The notes beneath the pieces were generated by a model. It was not told where the DNA came from. It did not search any database and saw only the letters and a program-made list of their open reading frames with translations. DNA of 63,871 nt, the filler included, from Octopus bimaculoides (lineage: Eukaryota), in assembly GCF_001194135.2 (NCBI RefSeq). It is 4 parts of 4 records of this genome, joined end to end, with 100 filler letters (N's around TTAATTAATTAA, not from the genome) between each part and the next. Parts side by side here need not be neighbours in the genome. Positions count along the whole stretch, not along the records: positions 1 to 27,590 come from NC_069003.1; positions 27,691 to 45,865 come from NC_068982.1; 2 more parts are not named here. One strand, written 5' to 3'. The position numbers and the translations under genes are program-made. Positions 27,408 through 40,200 of this stretch are shown here, piece by piece; within the stretch, counting starts at the first letter, position 1; every line of letters starts with the position of its first letter.

Positions 27408-27510
27408 AATCCTGGGATGGAATTTATAGACATTTTAATGCATCGTTGCGCACATTATGGAAACGCGCGTAGCGATGCATTAAAATGTCTATAAATTCCA
27501 TCCTAGGATT
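27408..27510. repeat. Near-perfect 46-bp inverted repeat with 11-nt loop
   Basis: Arm 27408-27453 pairs with 27465-27510: 42 Watson-Crick pairs, 3 G-T pairs, 1 A-C mismatch. Confidence 0.95.
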
Positions 27511-27590
27511 TATTGTCATTATATATATATATTGCTATTATATATATTTTGCATACATATGTGGTTATGTATATATATATATATATATAT

Positions 27591-27690
27591 NNNNNNNNNN
27601 NNNNNNNNNNNNNNNNNNNNNNNNNNNNNNNNNNTTAATTAATTAANNNNNNNNNNNNNNNNNNNNNNNNNNNNNNNNNNNNNNNNNNNN
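27591..27690. other. Artificial scaffold-join spacer (44N + TTAATTAATTAA + 44N)
   Basis: Exactly 100 bp; palindromic six-frame-stop core; identical at 45866 and 60412. Confidence 0.9.
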
Positions 27691-27763
<73 letters not shown>

Positions 27764-27767
27764 TATG

Positions 27768-27809
<42 letters not shown>

Positions 27810-28366
27810 CACACACATTTGCATATAAACATATATATGTGTGTACATGTATGCATGAGTGTATTTGTGTTTCCATGTTGCTATCAACAGACTAGAATTT
27901 GATCCAACTATTGGAAAGGTCATTAAAAAAATCAAGATTCAATGCATTGAAGAATGAAGTTATAAGTTACAAACAAGGAGTCATCTAAATGCATTTGACA
28001 ACAAATCTTACTTAGAGCAGGTATAATAAAGAAGCAAAACAAAAAATAAATGGAATAGCACCACAAAACAAATCAGATAGACCACAACAAACAGAACTGG
28101 AAGCATTAGTAAATAATGTGTGTCATGAAATAGATTGTTTCTTATTGAATCTAATCTTTCTCTTTCTTTTCACCCTACCTCTTTCTCCCTCATACTACCT
28201 CTCTCTCTCCCTCTTGCCACCTCTCGTTCCCCCTTGACCTCTTTCTCTTTCTTCCTCTGTATGAGCTAGAAAATTCTAATAGATTTATGTACAACTAGTT
28301 GAGCTTATTTTAGAGGACCCTTGCATTCTTTTAATTTTTTTTTCTTTCACATATTGGTTCTATCAG

Positions 28367-28452
28367 CTTATTGCAAGAAATCCTTCAAGCTGAAATGCTT
28401 CAATTTGAAACAATAACCTTGTCACTGTTGACTGAATGCTTTTGCCACCAAG
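28367..28452 (+). CDS. Weak candidate coding exon (LLQEILQAEMLQFETITLSLLTECFCHQ)
   Basis: Polypyrimidine tract..CAG acceptor, AAG|GTAAAT donor, one open frame. No partner exon found. Confidence 0.15.
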
Positions 28453-29436
28453 GTAAATCCCAAGTGTCAAATAAGTGCAGTTGGCTTGCATAAAATATTT
28501 AGGGTAATTTAGGATAATTGTGACTAAATATAAAACCAATAAAATTTCTATCTGATAAAAGAAATAAATAAAATTAAAAAAAATAAAGTAATTTTCATTT
28601 CAGTGATTTTTCTTTTCAATATGAAGCAAGACTAATTCCTTTTTTAATACCACAGGCATTAAAACCAATTATAATAATTGCTATAACTAAGTTTCAGCTA
28701 CGATGACATTCTGCAGCATTCACTGAGCTTGACTGACCTGAAATACAAAGCTGCTCAAGTGCATTTTGAATGTTCAATGAATTTAACTAATATGGACGTC
28801 AAAATAAACATGTAAAACTATGAAATGTGTTTCAAAGAAGGAAAAAAAAATTAATCAATATATAATCATATTAATAGAACTCATTTCTATAATTAAGTAT
28901 TACAGAATCTGATTCTAACCTTAAATAGGAAGGAAGTCTTTGATTCTATAACAAAACTATTGCCCAAATTTATTGCTCTCACTAAACAGAGTTGAAATTA
29001 CTTTCATGATTAAGAACTACTTAATTTCATTCTCTACATTGATAACATCATGAATTAATAGCAGTTCTTTACAGTTCTATAACTAAATTGTACTTAACAT
29101 GACTATAATTAGATAGTACTTTGTAAATATAACTTAAATTCCATTTTGTCTGTCAAGATGGTTGTTATTATTTCTATAAGTAATTATTGCTTCAGTTATA
29201 CCTCTCTTAAAATAGAGTAATGTAAATGGTAACTGATTAGTGTTAAATTCATTTAAATAATTAGATGATGCTAATGCTTTTAAAAAACATAATTATTCTT
29301 TTGAACAATGTGATAAGGCAGTAAGAGGTAATTTTTTTCAATGTTTCAGGTATGGAATATGTCTCATGCAATTTAGCTATTTAATTTATAAACAAAACAG
29401 AAATAACCAGTGTTAATTATAACTAATTATAATTAC

Positions 29437-29506
29437 CTGTTAACTGCTCTTGGAAAGTGGCTCATTTTTCTGTGTTAGTAACAAATTTACTAATTATGTG
29501 TGACAC
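29437..29506 (-). other. Candidate non-coding exon (70 nt)
   Basis: Minus-strand acceptor TTTTTAG|G and donor CAG|GTAATT; stops in all three frames. Confidence 0.2.
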
Positions 29507-29856
29507 CTAAAAATATCATTCAGTTTTCACCTGCTAAAATGAATCAATTATTTTGCACTTGAATGTCAGAAGTGTTGTGACTAGCTGTAGTTAAGTGGTA
29601 AATTCACAGTATAGGAACATAACTCAGGTATCATGGCAGTGGGAGAGGGGCACTTAGATTTGCTAGCAAATTAGTCTCATTAGATTTATAGAAAAAAAAA
29701 TAATGAGCAGTTTATTCAAATGTCAAGATTTATATATACTGTATGATCCGTGATTACTGATCATAATGAACATAGAAATTTTATCTGAAAAATCTAAGCT
29801 TTAAACAGCAACTTATTGCAAAAATTGTACAGCAAGGGCTTAACAACAATCATTCA

Positions 29857-29910
<54 letters not shown>

Positions 29911-30059
29911 GGATATGGACTCTCCCATCGTTAGACAATGTATGAGGGTTTGGAAAATTTTGCCAAACAACCACACAGATTATTTGTTTATAGTGATCAA
30001 ATGTTTGTGTACAGATAAGCTCACTCCCTCCAATCAAATTGACATTACCTGTACAGGTG

Positions 30060-30205
30060 CATCATGTGCCACAGGGCAGATGACGAAATGATTGCAGAGC
30101 AACGTGAAATGAAGTGCTTTGCTGAAGAACACAATGCAATGCCTGGTCTGGGAATTGAACCCACGATCTCACAACCATGAAAGCAACACCTTAACTACTA
30201 AGCCA
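30060..30205 (-). mobile_element. SINE family 2 head (decayed)
   Basis: GAGCAACGTGAAATGAAGTG..GAACACAATGCA..GGGAATTGAACCCACG..ACTAAGCC, the reverse of the tRNA-like head at 36500. Confidence 0.7.
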
Positions 30206-30699
30206 TATATATATACACACATGCATATTTATATATACACATACATTATAATACATTCTTATATGCACACACACATATATATATACTTCAGCAACATAAC
30301 TACACAAGTGCTGGTGATTTCTTTACCTTCCTTGGACATTTCCATTCCTCCTTTCTGATAAAGTGCTATGCTCAAAATGTCAAAAGCTCTCTCTTCTTAA
30401 TGAGTGTCAAACTAATACATTCCTTGTGCACATCCTCTTGTTGTTTGTTATTGTTCATTTTGTTATTTGAATTGACTATATATGTATCAATATGTGTATA
30501 TCTATATCAACATGGAAAAAGCATGTATACAGCATATATGTAGACTACATGTATGTATACTATATGTAAAGCAAACATATTTGAGACATAACGATGAGTT
30601 TAATTGAGAATATTTATCATACAAAAATAACTATTAAACTTTTAACCGTTATTCTTTAAATTCTTTTAGTCATTGGAATATGGCCAGCCAGTAGATACA

Positions 30700-30950
30700 T
30701 AGGTAAAGTTACTTTCTCAAGTTGTGCTGAGTCATAAGGGCCAGTTTCCCGGTTTTATGGTGTATAAGTTACCCACCTGGACAGGACGCCAGTCCATTGC
30801 AGGATTACTCGTATTTGCCAGCTCAGTGAACTGGGGCAACTTGAAATGAAGTGATTTGCTCAAGAACCTAGTCCAGGAATCAAAACCACAATCTTACAGT
30901 CATGAGTCCAATACCCTAACCACTAAGCCACGTGCCTCCACCCAGTAAAT
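30700..30950 (-). mobile_element. tRNA-derived SINE (family 2-like head variant)
   Basis: Closely similar to 44740-45005. Confidence 0.75.
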
Positions 30951-31571
30951 ATATGGCTGAAAAGGGATGATGAAGCCTAGTTTGAAAGGTTATGTGTGAG
31001 TGTGAGGCAGGTACCTGCTTACCTATATGGCAAATCAGCCCTACATTGATCAACAATTTGAATGCTAGTGATGATCCTGGAATAGAGTTGAGATTGAATA
31101 TCAGTTGATCAAATTGGTAAAATCACACATCAGCGATGAAGCTAATGCATTGTAAAACTGTCAACCTGACAACCCCTGAGATATAGTAGCATCCAGAATG
31201 CAGAGTCTTCAGTTGATTGCTCTTGTACAAACAAGTTGTTACCAAGTCTTGATAGATTTTAAACAAGCTAAAGAAAATCTTCTGATTTATATTTTTCCTT
31301 GTCAGTTCTACTTTCCTTAAATCTCATTTGTCTAATACCATTTAAAAAAATATATTTTCCTTCTGGCTGCATTTTAAAAAATGTAATCGTCACCTAAAGA
31401 TCAGATATTCTAATTGGAATATTTATTCTTAAAGTAAAGCAAAACAAATTTTCAATGTTTTTGAAAGAAAAACTTCAAAAATAGATGATAGTCTCAGTTT
31501 CAATTTATTTTTACATTAATTTTATATTCTTACATGCCTAACAATAATTTTAAGGATGGAAGCTGGGGTGA

Positions 31572-31622
<51 letters not shown>

Positions 31623-31959
31623 ATAGTGGCTCTGATGGGCTGTTATGTCGGTAATGATGGTAACCATACTGATAATGTGTTAGTTTACATGAAGCAAACA
31701 GCAACAGGAATAGTTTAATGGCTTCAGCAATATTGATGTCACTTATGATGTCGAGGAGGATTAGAATGGTCTGGGTTTGATTTTCAAATGTTATTATCAA
31801 ACGGGGGAATACATTTCTTCAGCTTTGTTTAATTAGGTATATTAGAAAATGATCCATAATCAACTGAAGAAAATCAACATATTAATATAAAAAAATACTA
31901 AGTAAATGGTTATATATATATTGAATTGATGTTTAATTTTTATCCTTTAATTGTTACAG

Positions 31960-32375
31960 TAATTGTACTGTGGCCATGCTGGGATATTTGAATGGACACT
32001 GGTAAAACAAATTGACCCCAGTGCTTATATTTTTAAGTCTAGTGCCTATCTTTTGCTGGTCTCTTTTGCCAAATCAGTTAAGTTGTGGGAATGTCGACAA
32101 ATCAATACCAATTGTCACACATGACAAGGGGAAACAAACACAAAAGTATGCACACACATACACACATACACACGCGCACACACACACACACACACATACT
32201 CATACATGCACACATTCACATATATGTACAATGGGTTTCCATACAGCTTCCATCTACCAAATTCCTTCACAAGGCATTAGTCAAACTGAGGCTATAGTTG
32301 AGGACACTTGCAGATGGTGTCACAGAGTGGGACTGAACCCAAAAACAAACATACAATTGTAAAGCAAGCTTCTTA
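31960..32375 (-). mobile_element. SINE family 1 copy, CpG-decayed
   Basis: Colinear with young copies; many CG positions read TG/CA. Confidence 0.75.
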
Positions 32376-33093
32376 AACAAAGCAAAATCTCACATCAGTT
32401 TCTTCAGACAACTGAATAAAGTTTTATCCCAGGATGCCATAAGAGTCCACTGGAGAGATCTTCAGTTGCCTTTCTCATTTAGTGATAGCAACAAAGAATT
32501 ATTAGATTTTACTCTTATTTCGAGCCATGATGACTCAATCTTATTTTTAGGTTGAATGTACTCATAACTACATTATTCAATGTATCTTTAAACTTTTAAA
32601 TTATAGGGGTGTGATATGACTGCTGTTTTCAGCTGATCAATCTGCTTCATAGAAGTGATATTTGTTAATTCTCTCAAAATTATTGCCACATAAGATCATT
32701 CAGAAAAAAATCTGGAATAAAATAAATTTTCTTTTCAGTCTGTCACAATTGATAGTAACATTAAGATTGTCCTAAAAAGTGAAGATATTTCTTAAATCAA
32801 GGACTTCTACTACAAGATATCAAGAAATATGACCCAGGAATCATAATGTGCTTTAGACAAATTAATTTGCTTGAGTAATTTCTTTATAAATTACTTTCTC
32901 AGATTGGCTTTCATAATTTACTAACCTGCTCTAATCAAAGGCAAATAGCTATCAGTGATGATACAAGAGTGAGCATAAGTGCAAATCACATGAAAGGTAT
33001 GTATTTTTTTATTTATGTCAACCAAGTAAATGTCACAGCTTCAATATGACAAAGAATGTTCAGAAAGACAAGAAGTAAGAGACAAAGCAAGTT

Positions 33094-33124
<31 letters not shown>

Positions 33125-33574
33125 AACAGAGACAGAGACGAAGAGACTGAAACAGTGAGAAGGGGAACAATGAATTGATTTCAGAATTAAACTGATTTTA
33201 TAAAACCAACATCAATTACTCCGATTACAATAGATTGAAGTCTCCAGATTAAAGACAAGAAATTAAAGACAAAAAAATAGAACAAATGAATAAGTAAATA
33301 AACAAGTATAAAAAAACTTATACTTTGATATTGGCTCAGCGGAAATAATTCCAGACAAATTAAATATAAGGATAATAGGGCAATATTGCTTTCTTATTAA
33401 ATGACAAATCATTACTTCCACAAATTGCAAAAATGTCTTGAGTTTGATGAAACAATTATATACAGATAAACAAGTCAACAGGTGTCTTTGTAACCTCATA
33501 AATTATAAAGATAAAATGGTAAGGTAGGACACAAAAATTTACTGTCTATGTATGTATATGAATATGTATGTATA

Positions 33575-33611
<37 letters not shown>

Positions 33612-33824
33612 ATACATATATATATAAATATATATAATGGAGCAAAAACGCAATAGAGGACAATAAAACATTCAGACAGATAGATGATACAAGGGTGGAC
33701 AGGTGAAACAACAATTAGAAGGACAATAAAAAAAGACGTGTCGTTCATGGTCTTCTTTCATCAGTCAAGTTTACCAGAAGTCCTTACTGTTTTGGGCAGT
33801 TACACTTGGTATACATACATATAC

Positions 33825-33855
<31 letters not shown>

Positions 33856-33866
33856 TAAATACATAC

Positions 33867-33923
<57 letters not shown>

Positions 33924-34051
33924 CACATATATGTAGGTATGTACATATATGTATGGATATATGCATATATTTATATATTATGTATATTATTATATACATA
34001 TATACATACATATATATATATCTACACACACATATATACATACATACACAT

Positions 34052-34098
<47 letters not shown>

Positions 34099-34213
34099 TA
34101 TACATACATAGCATAAAGTCAGGAGGTGTGAGAGGTGAAGATAGATTTATTTTACATGACTTTCATATGATTAACCTGTACAATTCTCTAAATCCATATT
34201 TTCTACTACTCTT

Positions 34214-34267
<54 letters not shown>

Positions 34268-34301
34268 AGTGTGTGTGTGTTTTAAAAGAATCAGAAATCT
34301 C

Positions 34302-34378
34302 TCATAAGGGATCCAGATTCTGTGGTATGTATATTCCCCACTTCAATGATAGACAAGGTAATCCAAATTGTATTAATC
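34302..34378 (-). CDS. Weak candidate terminal coding exon (LIQFGLPCLSLKWGIYIPQNLDPL*)
   Basis: Minus-strand acceptor TTTATTTTTTCAG|G; frame open to TGA; phase-compatible with candidate exon 39503-39555. Confidence 0.2.
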
Positions 34379-34716
34379 CTGAAAAAATAAATGTTTGGAT
34401 GGTCATAACTAAATTGTCATTGATCATTGGTCTACTCACTCAGAACTAAGCAAAAGATAAGCAACAATAATAAACATAGATAAATATTTCTGAATTTTAG
34501 ATATAGGCTTTATACTTTATTTATAGCAGTGTTGCATGTGGTATATATAAGGAAATTATTATATCATTGTAAGGAAATTATTTGCTTTATCGGAACAGTA
34601 AATGCAGAAGGAATATATGTATGATATGGGTATTATAATAAATTCTAGGCAGAAACTTCTAGGATAGATACAAATTTAAAATTTACCCATGCAATTTCAC
34701 CTTAGTTATGAATTAA

Positions 34717-34752
<36 letters not shown>

Positions 34753-35945
34753 AGATAAAAATGAATAAGTGATTCAAAAGAAATGCATTGATTGATCTAC
34801 CGATCAACAGTAGAATCCAACAAGTTCTTCTTGGGTGGTATGTAATCTAGAGAATAATTCTGGTTATTTCTTAGTAAACATTCCAACACTCATGTCAATA
34901 TTTTAAGCAAAACGAAGAAGAATCAGAGTGTGGTCAGCTGTCATTAAATAGAAGAATTGGTCATTTTCAGACAGCAAATTCATAATCAAAGCACTGCAAG
35001 TCCATCCTCTCTTTCCTTTCCTTTCTCTATGTGTCAGATGTGTTCAATGTTCTTAGTCTTAAATGGCCTCAAGGTAGTTTTTATTTCTTCCTAGCAGGAC
35101 ATATCTTCAACTCAAGTCTTCATGAATTGTTACCATTCGTTGCATGGTCAGCAAGAATGAAGTTGTTTATTTGTTCTCATCAGTAAATTCTTTGTGTTTC
35201 TTCTTGACATGCTTTCAAAGACGTATAGGATTGTCACCAGAAACAATGAAATGTTCGTTCAATGGAACAATTTAACCTTTCTAATCACACACATTTTTAT
35301 TTAACAACCAATAAATAGAAGACACGACGTGTACAAGAAAATTACAAATTTATGTAAGAAGTGTCAAATGAAGAAGAAAAGCAGTTAGTGATAAATAGCC
35401 ATGAGGCAAGACACATGCAGTTATATTTCAAATATATCATCCTTTAGTGCTCAAATCTGACTGTTACTAATCTAAAGCTTATACAAAATAATTTATTTTC
35501 ACTTCTCATAAGATATATTCTATTCAGATGCTATTATTTTTGAAACCCCATGTAGATATTGCAGAAAGGGATTATACATTTTCGCATCTACTTTTCTGAT
35601 ACAACATCAATAAAATATTTCTCTTCTGAAGAACTCAGCATGAAATGGTGACAGAAAGTTATTGCCGATAGATTTCATAATAAAATAAATTTCTTTGAAC
35701 TAAACTGATAAATGTAGCAATATTATACCTAACCAATGAAATATCTAAATATCTTGATGACAGGTGAGAGAAGTCAGTAAAGATAAAGTAAACTGTTGGA
35801 CATTAATACAAATGTAATGATTACAAATGTAAGCTTTCTCAGGTTAAGCAATCTTATATCATTTTTTTAGATTGTTAAAAGAAACAAAATTTTAAAAAGT
35901 AAAAGTTACATTTATCACCTACATTATCCATATGTTTTGATGATG

Positions 35946-36019
35946 ATAATTCTGAATTCTCAATATCCATTCACAGTGACAAATAATTTTGAATTCCCAA
36001 TATCCATTCACAATGACAA
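35946..36019. repeat. 37-bp tandem duplication
   Basis: ATAATTCTGAATTCTCAATATCCATTCACAGTGACAA repeated with 3 substitutions. Confidence 0.9.
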
Positions 36020-36499
36020 ATTCATGTGTTTAGGTGGGACTGTATCCATGACTATTACTATACTGACTAGATTGATACCTACTCTGAACATCTAGTGGGT
36101 AAGTGTCTGCAAGAATGAAACTAAGAGTCTAACTTGAACAATTACAACAGACTAAATATTAGATGGTTGTGTTAAAAAACAAAATTTTAACTCTGAACTC
36201 ATTTGAATTTCTCCAGTATCTTCAGTTTACTACATTCTACATTTTCATTTTTCATTTTACATTTTAAACCAATGAAAATGATATATTTACTTCAAGCCTT
36301 TCATAGTTGATTCAGAACAGTATGTGTGATAGCAGTAGCTATTACTTCCAGTCATTTTTCTATTGACCAGAAGTGATAATAGTTTATATTTTACCTCTGA
36401 CAATGTACAATATACAGTATCAAATAATGAAGCTTAATAAGGGGTTATTAGTTTGACTGAGATTGCATTCAAGATTATTTTTACTTCAAGCTGCATTTA

Positions 36500-36830
36500 G
36501 AAGATGTGTGACTTAGTGGTTAGGGTATTCAGCTCACGACCTTAAAGTTATGAGTTTGATTCCTGGCTGTACATTCTGTACTTGGGCAAAGCACTTTATT
36601 TTACAATGTTCCAGTCTACTCAGCTGGCAAAAATAAGTAGTACCTGTATTTCAAAGGGCCAGCCTTGTCACGCTTTATGTCATGCTGAATCTCCTTAAGA
36701 ACAACATTAAGGGTACACATGTCTATGGCACTGTCAGCCACTTGTACAGTAATTCCATGAGCAGGCAGTTATGTTGATTGGATCAACTGGAACCCATGTC
36801 GCCATAACCAATGGTGTATCAGTTAATAGC
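36500..36830 (+). mobile_element. SINE family 2, full length, CpG-decayed
   Basis: tRNA-like head GTGACTTAGTGGTTAGGG..GAGTTTGATTCC; 3' half homologous to 13595-13762. Confidence 0.8.
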
Positions 36831-37074
36831 ATTTAGATGAACAACTGAAATCAATTCACGATATATATAGCAATAATATAGAGTATTATATAATGAATAA
36901 TTAAAAAAGATCTCTAAAAGATGGCAGAAAGTATTCATACAAGATTTCTGTAAATACTTTATAAATGTTAATATAATTTTCTTTTAAAATTGGTAGTGAG
37001 AGCCTTATTTCTACTTTGATGCTTGTGGTTCCATAGCCTTAGACTACATATGTTAATGGCTTGTTTTATCTATT

Positions 37075-37255
37075 ATCTTTTACTTGTTTCAGTTATTGGA
37101 CTGTTGCCATGCTGGGGCAGCACCTTGAAGTGTTTAGTTAAACAAATCAACCTGAGTACTTATTTTTGAAGTATACTACTTACTCTGTCGGCCTCTGTTG
37201 TTGAATCACTAAGTTATGGAGACATAAACTAACCAATGCCAGTTGTGAAGCAAAG
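37075..37255 (-). mobile_element. SINE family 1, 3' part, decayed
   Basis: TTTTACTTGTTTCAG..GGCCATGCTGG-like sequence matching family 1. Confidence 0.7.
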
Positions 37256-37344
37256 TTAATTTTCAATGCTCAAAAGTGCTTCAACTAAATAAATGTAATG
37301 AGGAGGCATAGTTCCCCAGCAGAACTAATATATAAAGGACATGT

Positions 37345-37530
37345 CAGGTGGTAAGTGGCAGAATTGTTAGTGCACAGGGCCAAATTTCATCCATCATTAC
37401 GTTCTGAGTTCAAATTCCACTGGAGTCAACTTTGCTTTTTGTCCTTTTGAGGCCAATAAAATAAGTACCAGTTGAACACTGGGTTCGATGTAGTTGGCTT
37501 ACCCCTGCCTTGTGCCAAAATTTGAAGCCA
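37345..37530 (+). mobile_element. SINE family 3 (GGTGG..GCTGGCAGAA..GTTCTGAGTTCAAATT..GTGCCAAAATTTGAA)
   Basis: Homologous to 42425-42625, 42725-42930 and 46140-46240. Confidence 0.75.
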
Positions 37531-38567
37531 ATATATAAAGGATATGTTTCATAAGCTTCTAACAGAATACCAGAAATAAACTGGCACCCTTAAGCATTAA
37601 GATATTTTTCACACACTTAATTCTGTGTAAATAGAATAAACTCTAGTACACCTCACTAACTATGTAGGATACCTCCTAGAAGCCATCAATATGCTCAATA
37701 TGTGGAGAAATATTCTGCTAAACTTCAGAAACTGCATCAAAATATTCCTCATCTTAGCTATGTTTTGTTAATTGGATCACAAGAAATTAATGAATGAATA
37801 GCAAATGAATTATACAATTGTAAAACAGAAAGCAAGAGGTGGCAGTCTCATAGTTCTTTCTCTTGATAGTGCATTTGATTCATCCAAAATTGTTTTATCA
37901 GAAGAATAATTTGTAGAATAACTGACATGAAAAGGATACATCAAATGGCCTTTTTGTTCAACTAACATAATGTTAATGGGTTTGGATTCTCAAGTTTGAG
38001 GTTAATTCTGACCAATGACTACACAATACAAAAGGAACAACCATTAACAAGTAACTGTAGATTTCTTCACATTCAGTTTCTATTTCATGCATCAGTGAAT
38101 TGCTTTTTATAATTGATAGAGCTTGTGAAAGAAAAATACAGGTATTAGCATTAAATATCAATGAGATGAATAGCTGTCAAAAACAACTAGTATAAATACC
38201 AATATCACAGATGTGTGTTCTTATTAACATCAAATATGTGGAGGGATCAGTGCATTAGACAAGATGTAAACTTGCCTAACAATTTCATTTAAATTTATTA
38301 GTTTAACTGCATAACTACATATTCTTTGATAAAATGTGGCAGTAATGATTTTGTTCATGTGCACTATATTCGCAGACGTTTTCAAGAATTTATATGAATA
38401 CTTACACAAATACATACATCCGTGTGAATATGTGTGTGTATGTGCACATGTGTGCGTGTGTGTGTGTGTGTACACATAACACACACTTATATTATAAGTA
38501 CATATATATATATATGTTTGTTTATGCATATAAAATATCTACCTCTCTCTCTATATATATATATACA

Positions 38568-38601
<34 letters not shown>

Positions 38602-38620
38602 NNNNNNNNNNTATATATAA

Positions 38621-38662
<42 letters not shown>

Positions 38663-38899
38663 GCATCCATGTATGTGTGTTTTATGTGGGTGTATGTGTG
38701 TCTATATGTGAATGTGTGTGTGTGTGTGTGTGAATAAACAAAGGATTACAGTGACAGAATGATGGAAGTTAGTGAAGAATGACACATTGATCTCAACAAC
38801 AGTAATTGCTCAACACCCATAGAAATTTAACAAGAAACAAATGTTTCCTACCTTCACTAAATCATGGCTTGTTCAAGTCAGCAGTGTTGCAATTTTCCA

Positions 38900-39210
38900 C
38901 AATGACCATATGTTAATGCTATATCATAATAATGACTATGGGATTGCACCTAGAAAGTTCCCCCTCCGAGACACAAGTCCAGGCAAGGTTGTTTATAGAA
39001 GACCAGCAGTTGCCCATGCATACCAGCTTCTCCTCTCTATGCCATCAATGTTTTCCAAGGGAAAGGCAAGGGCTGATACAGTTTCACACTAGTGATGTCA
39101 CAACTTATTTCTACAGCTGAGTGAACTGGAGCAACAGGAAATAGAGTGTCTTGCTCAAGAACACAGCACAGCTCAGTTCAGGAATCAAACTCACTGCTTC
39201 ATGAGTGTGA
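38900..39210 (-). mobile_element. tRNA-derived SINE (family 2-like head)
   Basis: GCTGAGTGAACTGGAGCAAC..CTTGCTCAAGAACAC..CAGGAATCAAACTC head, shared with 30060, 30700 and 44740. Confidence 0.6.
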
Positions 39211-39502
39211 GGTATACCAAGTACTATTTGTGTCTTGTGTGTGTGTCTCTGTGTGTGTGTGTGTGTGTTTGTGTGTCTGTGTGTGTGTATATGTGTGTGT
39301 GCAAATGTTTAATTGAGGTTATTATTTTGAAGTTAGTTTTAAAATAACATTTATTAATGGGTTGACTCAATATTGAGAATAGGTTGTATGTTTATACATG
39401 TATGCATGTTTTGTCATATGTTTAAAATTCAGGCATCAGTCTTTTTACTGTTCACTTATACAAAATACACAACAAAGTAAGACATCGCTTACCTTAGTTT
39501 AC

Positions 39503-39555
39503 CTGACAGGCAAACATGCTCTTCTTCATCACCAAAATAGTTGGCACAGCAATTT
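39503..39555 (-). CDS. Weak candidate internal exon (NCCANYFGDEEEHVCLS)
   Basis: Acceptor TTTTAG|A; two donors, CAG|GTAAAC (39503) and AAG|GTAAGC (39493); open frame. Confidence 0.25.
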
Positions 39556-39772
39556 CTAAAATTCTAAATTTGCAGAACTATCCAACCCATGTTAGCAAGG
39601 GAAAATGTTTAAATATACAGGTTCATATATACAGTTATGTTTCTATGTTTGACAAAGTTGCTTTGTAACCGTTTGGTTTTTCAAATTCTAGCCCATGTAT
39701 CTTCTGCAGTATCCTTGGGTTGGTCATGTCTTTGCTAGCAGAATTTTGAGTATGAAAATTGTTTAGAAGCTC

Positions 39773-39846
<74 letters not shown>

Positions 39847-39869
39847 CATGCGTGCGTGTTTATATTTAC

Positions 39870-40200
39870 CCTTGTAAAACATGCTAGGGTCAAACACTTT
39901 GTTCCTGCATTTAATAAATATGCAGTGATAAAATGGGTGACAAACTGGAATATGGACTGGCAACAAAGGAATTGACAAATATCTTGAAGGCTGTGCTCCA
40001 GCATGGCATAGTCCACTGACTGAAGCCAATAACAAAATATACATGGCTGTGCAGTTAAGAAGCTTGCTTTGCAACCACGTAGTTTCAGGGTCAGCCCCAC
40101 ATTGGGCAACGTTTTCTACTATAACCCCAGATCAATCAATGCCTTGTGAGTAAATATGGCAGATGAAACTGTGAGGAAGCCCATCATATACACACACACA
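39870..40200 (+). mobile_element. Decayed SINE family 1 pieces (3' end followed by head)
   Basis: GTGCTCCAGCATGGCATAGTCCACTGACTGAAGC tail, then GGCTGTGCAGTTAAGAAGCTTGC head. Confidence 0.6.

Noticed and set aside
28367-28452. Resemblance of FETITLSLLTECF to the TRPM motif (Y/F)ETRAVELFTECY
   Set aside because: Only a short match from memory, no neighbouring TRPM-like exon found, and strand bias of the block favours minus. Kept only as a weak exon candidate.
32903-32996. Plus-strand exon-like open segment (IGFHNLLTCSNQRQIAISDDTRVSISANHMK) with AG|GTATGT donor
   Set aside because: No recognisable homology and no compatible partner exons; expected by chance in 18 kb.
33725-33770. CTGATGA motif on the minus strand as a possible hammerhead ribozyme
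   Set aside because: The GAAAC core and stems I-III cannot be built; same for the CTGACGA motifs at ~25873 and ~58830.
34900-35300. Possible very old mariner fragment on the minus strand (IVSGDN, DLAVL-like)
   Set aside because: Motifs too weak and no TIRs seen.
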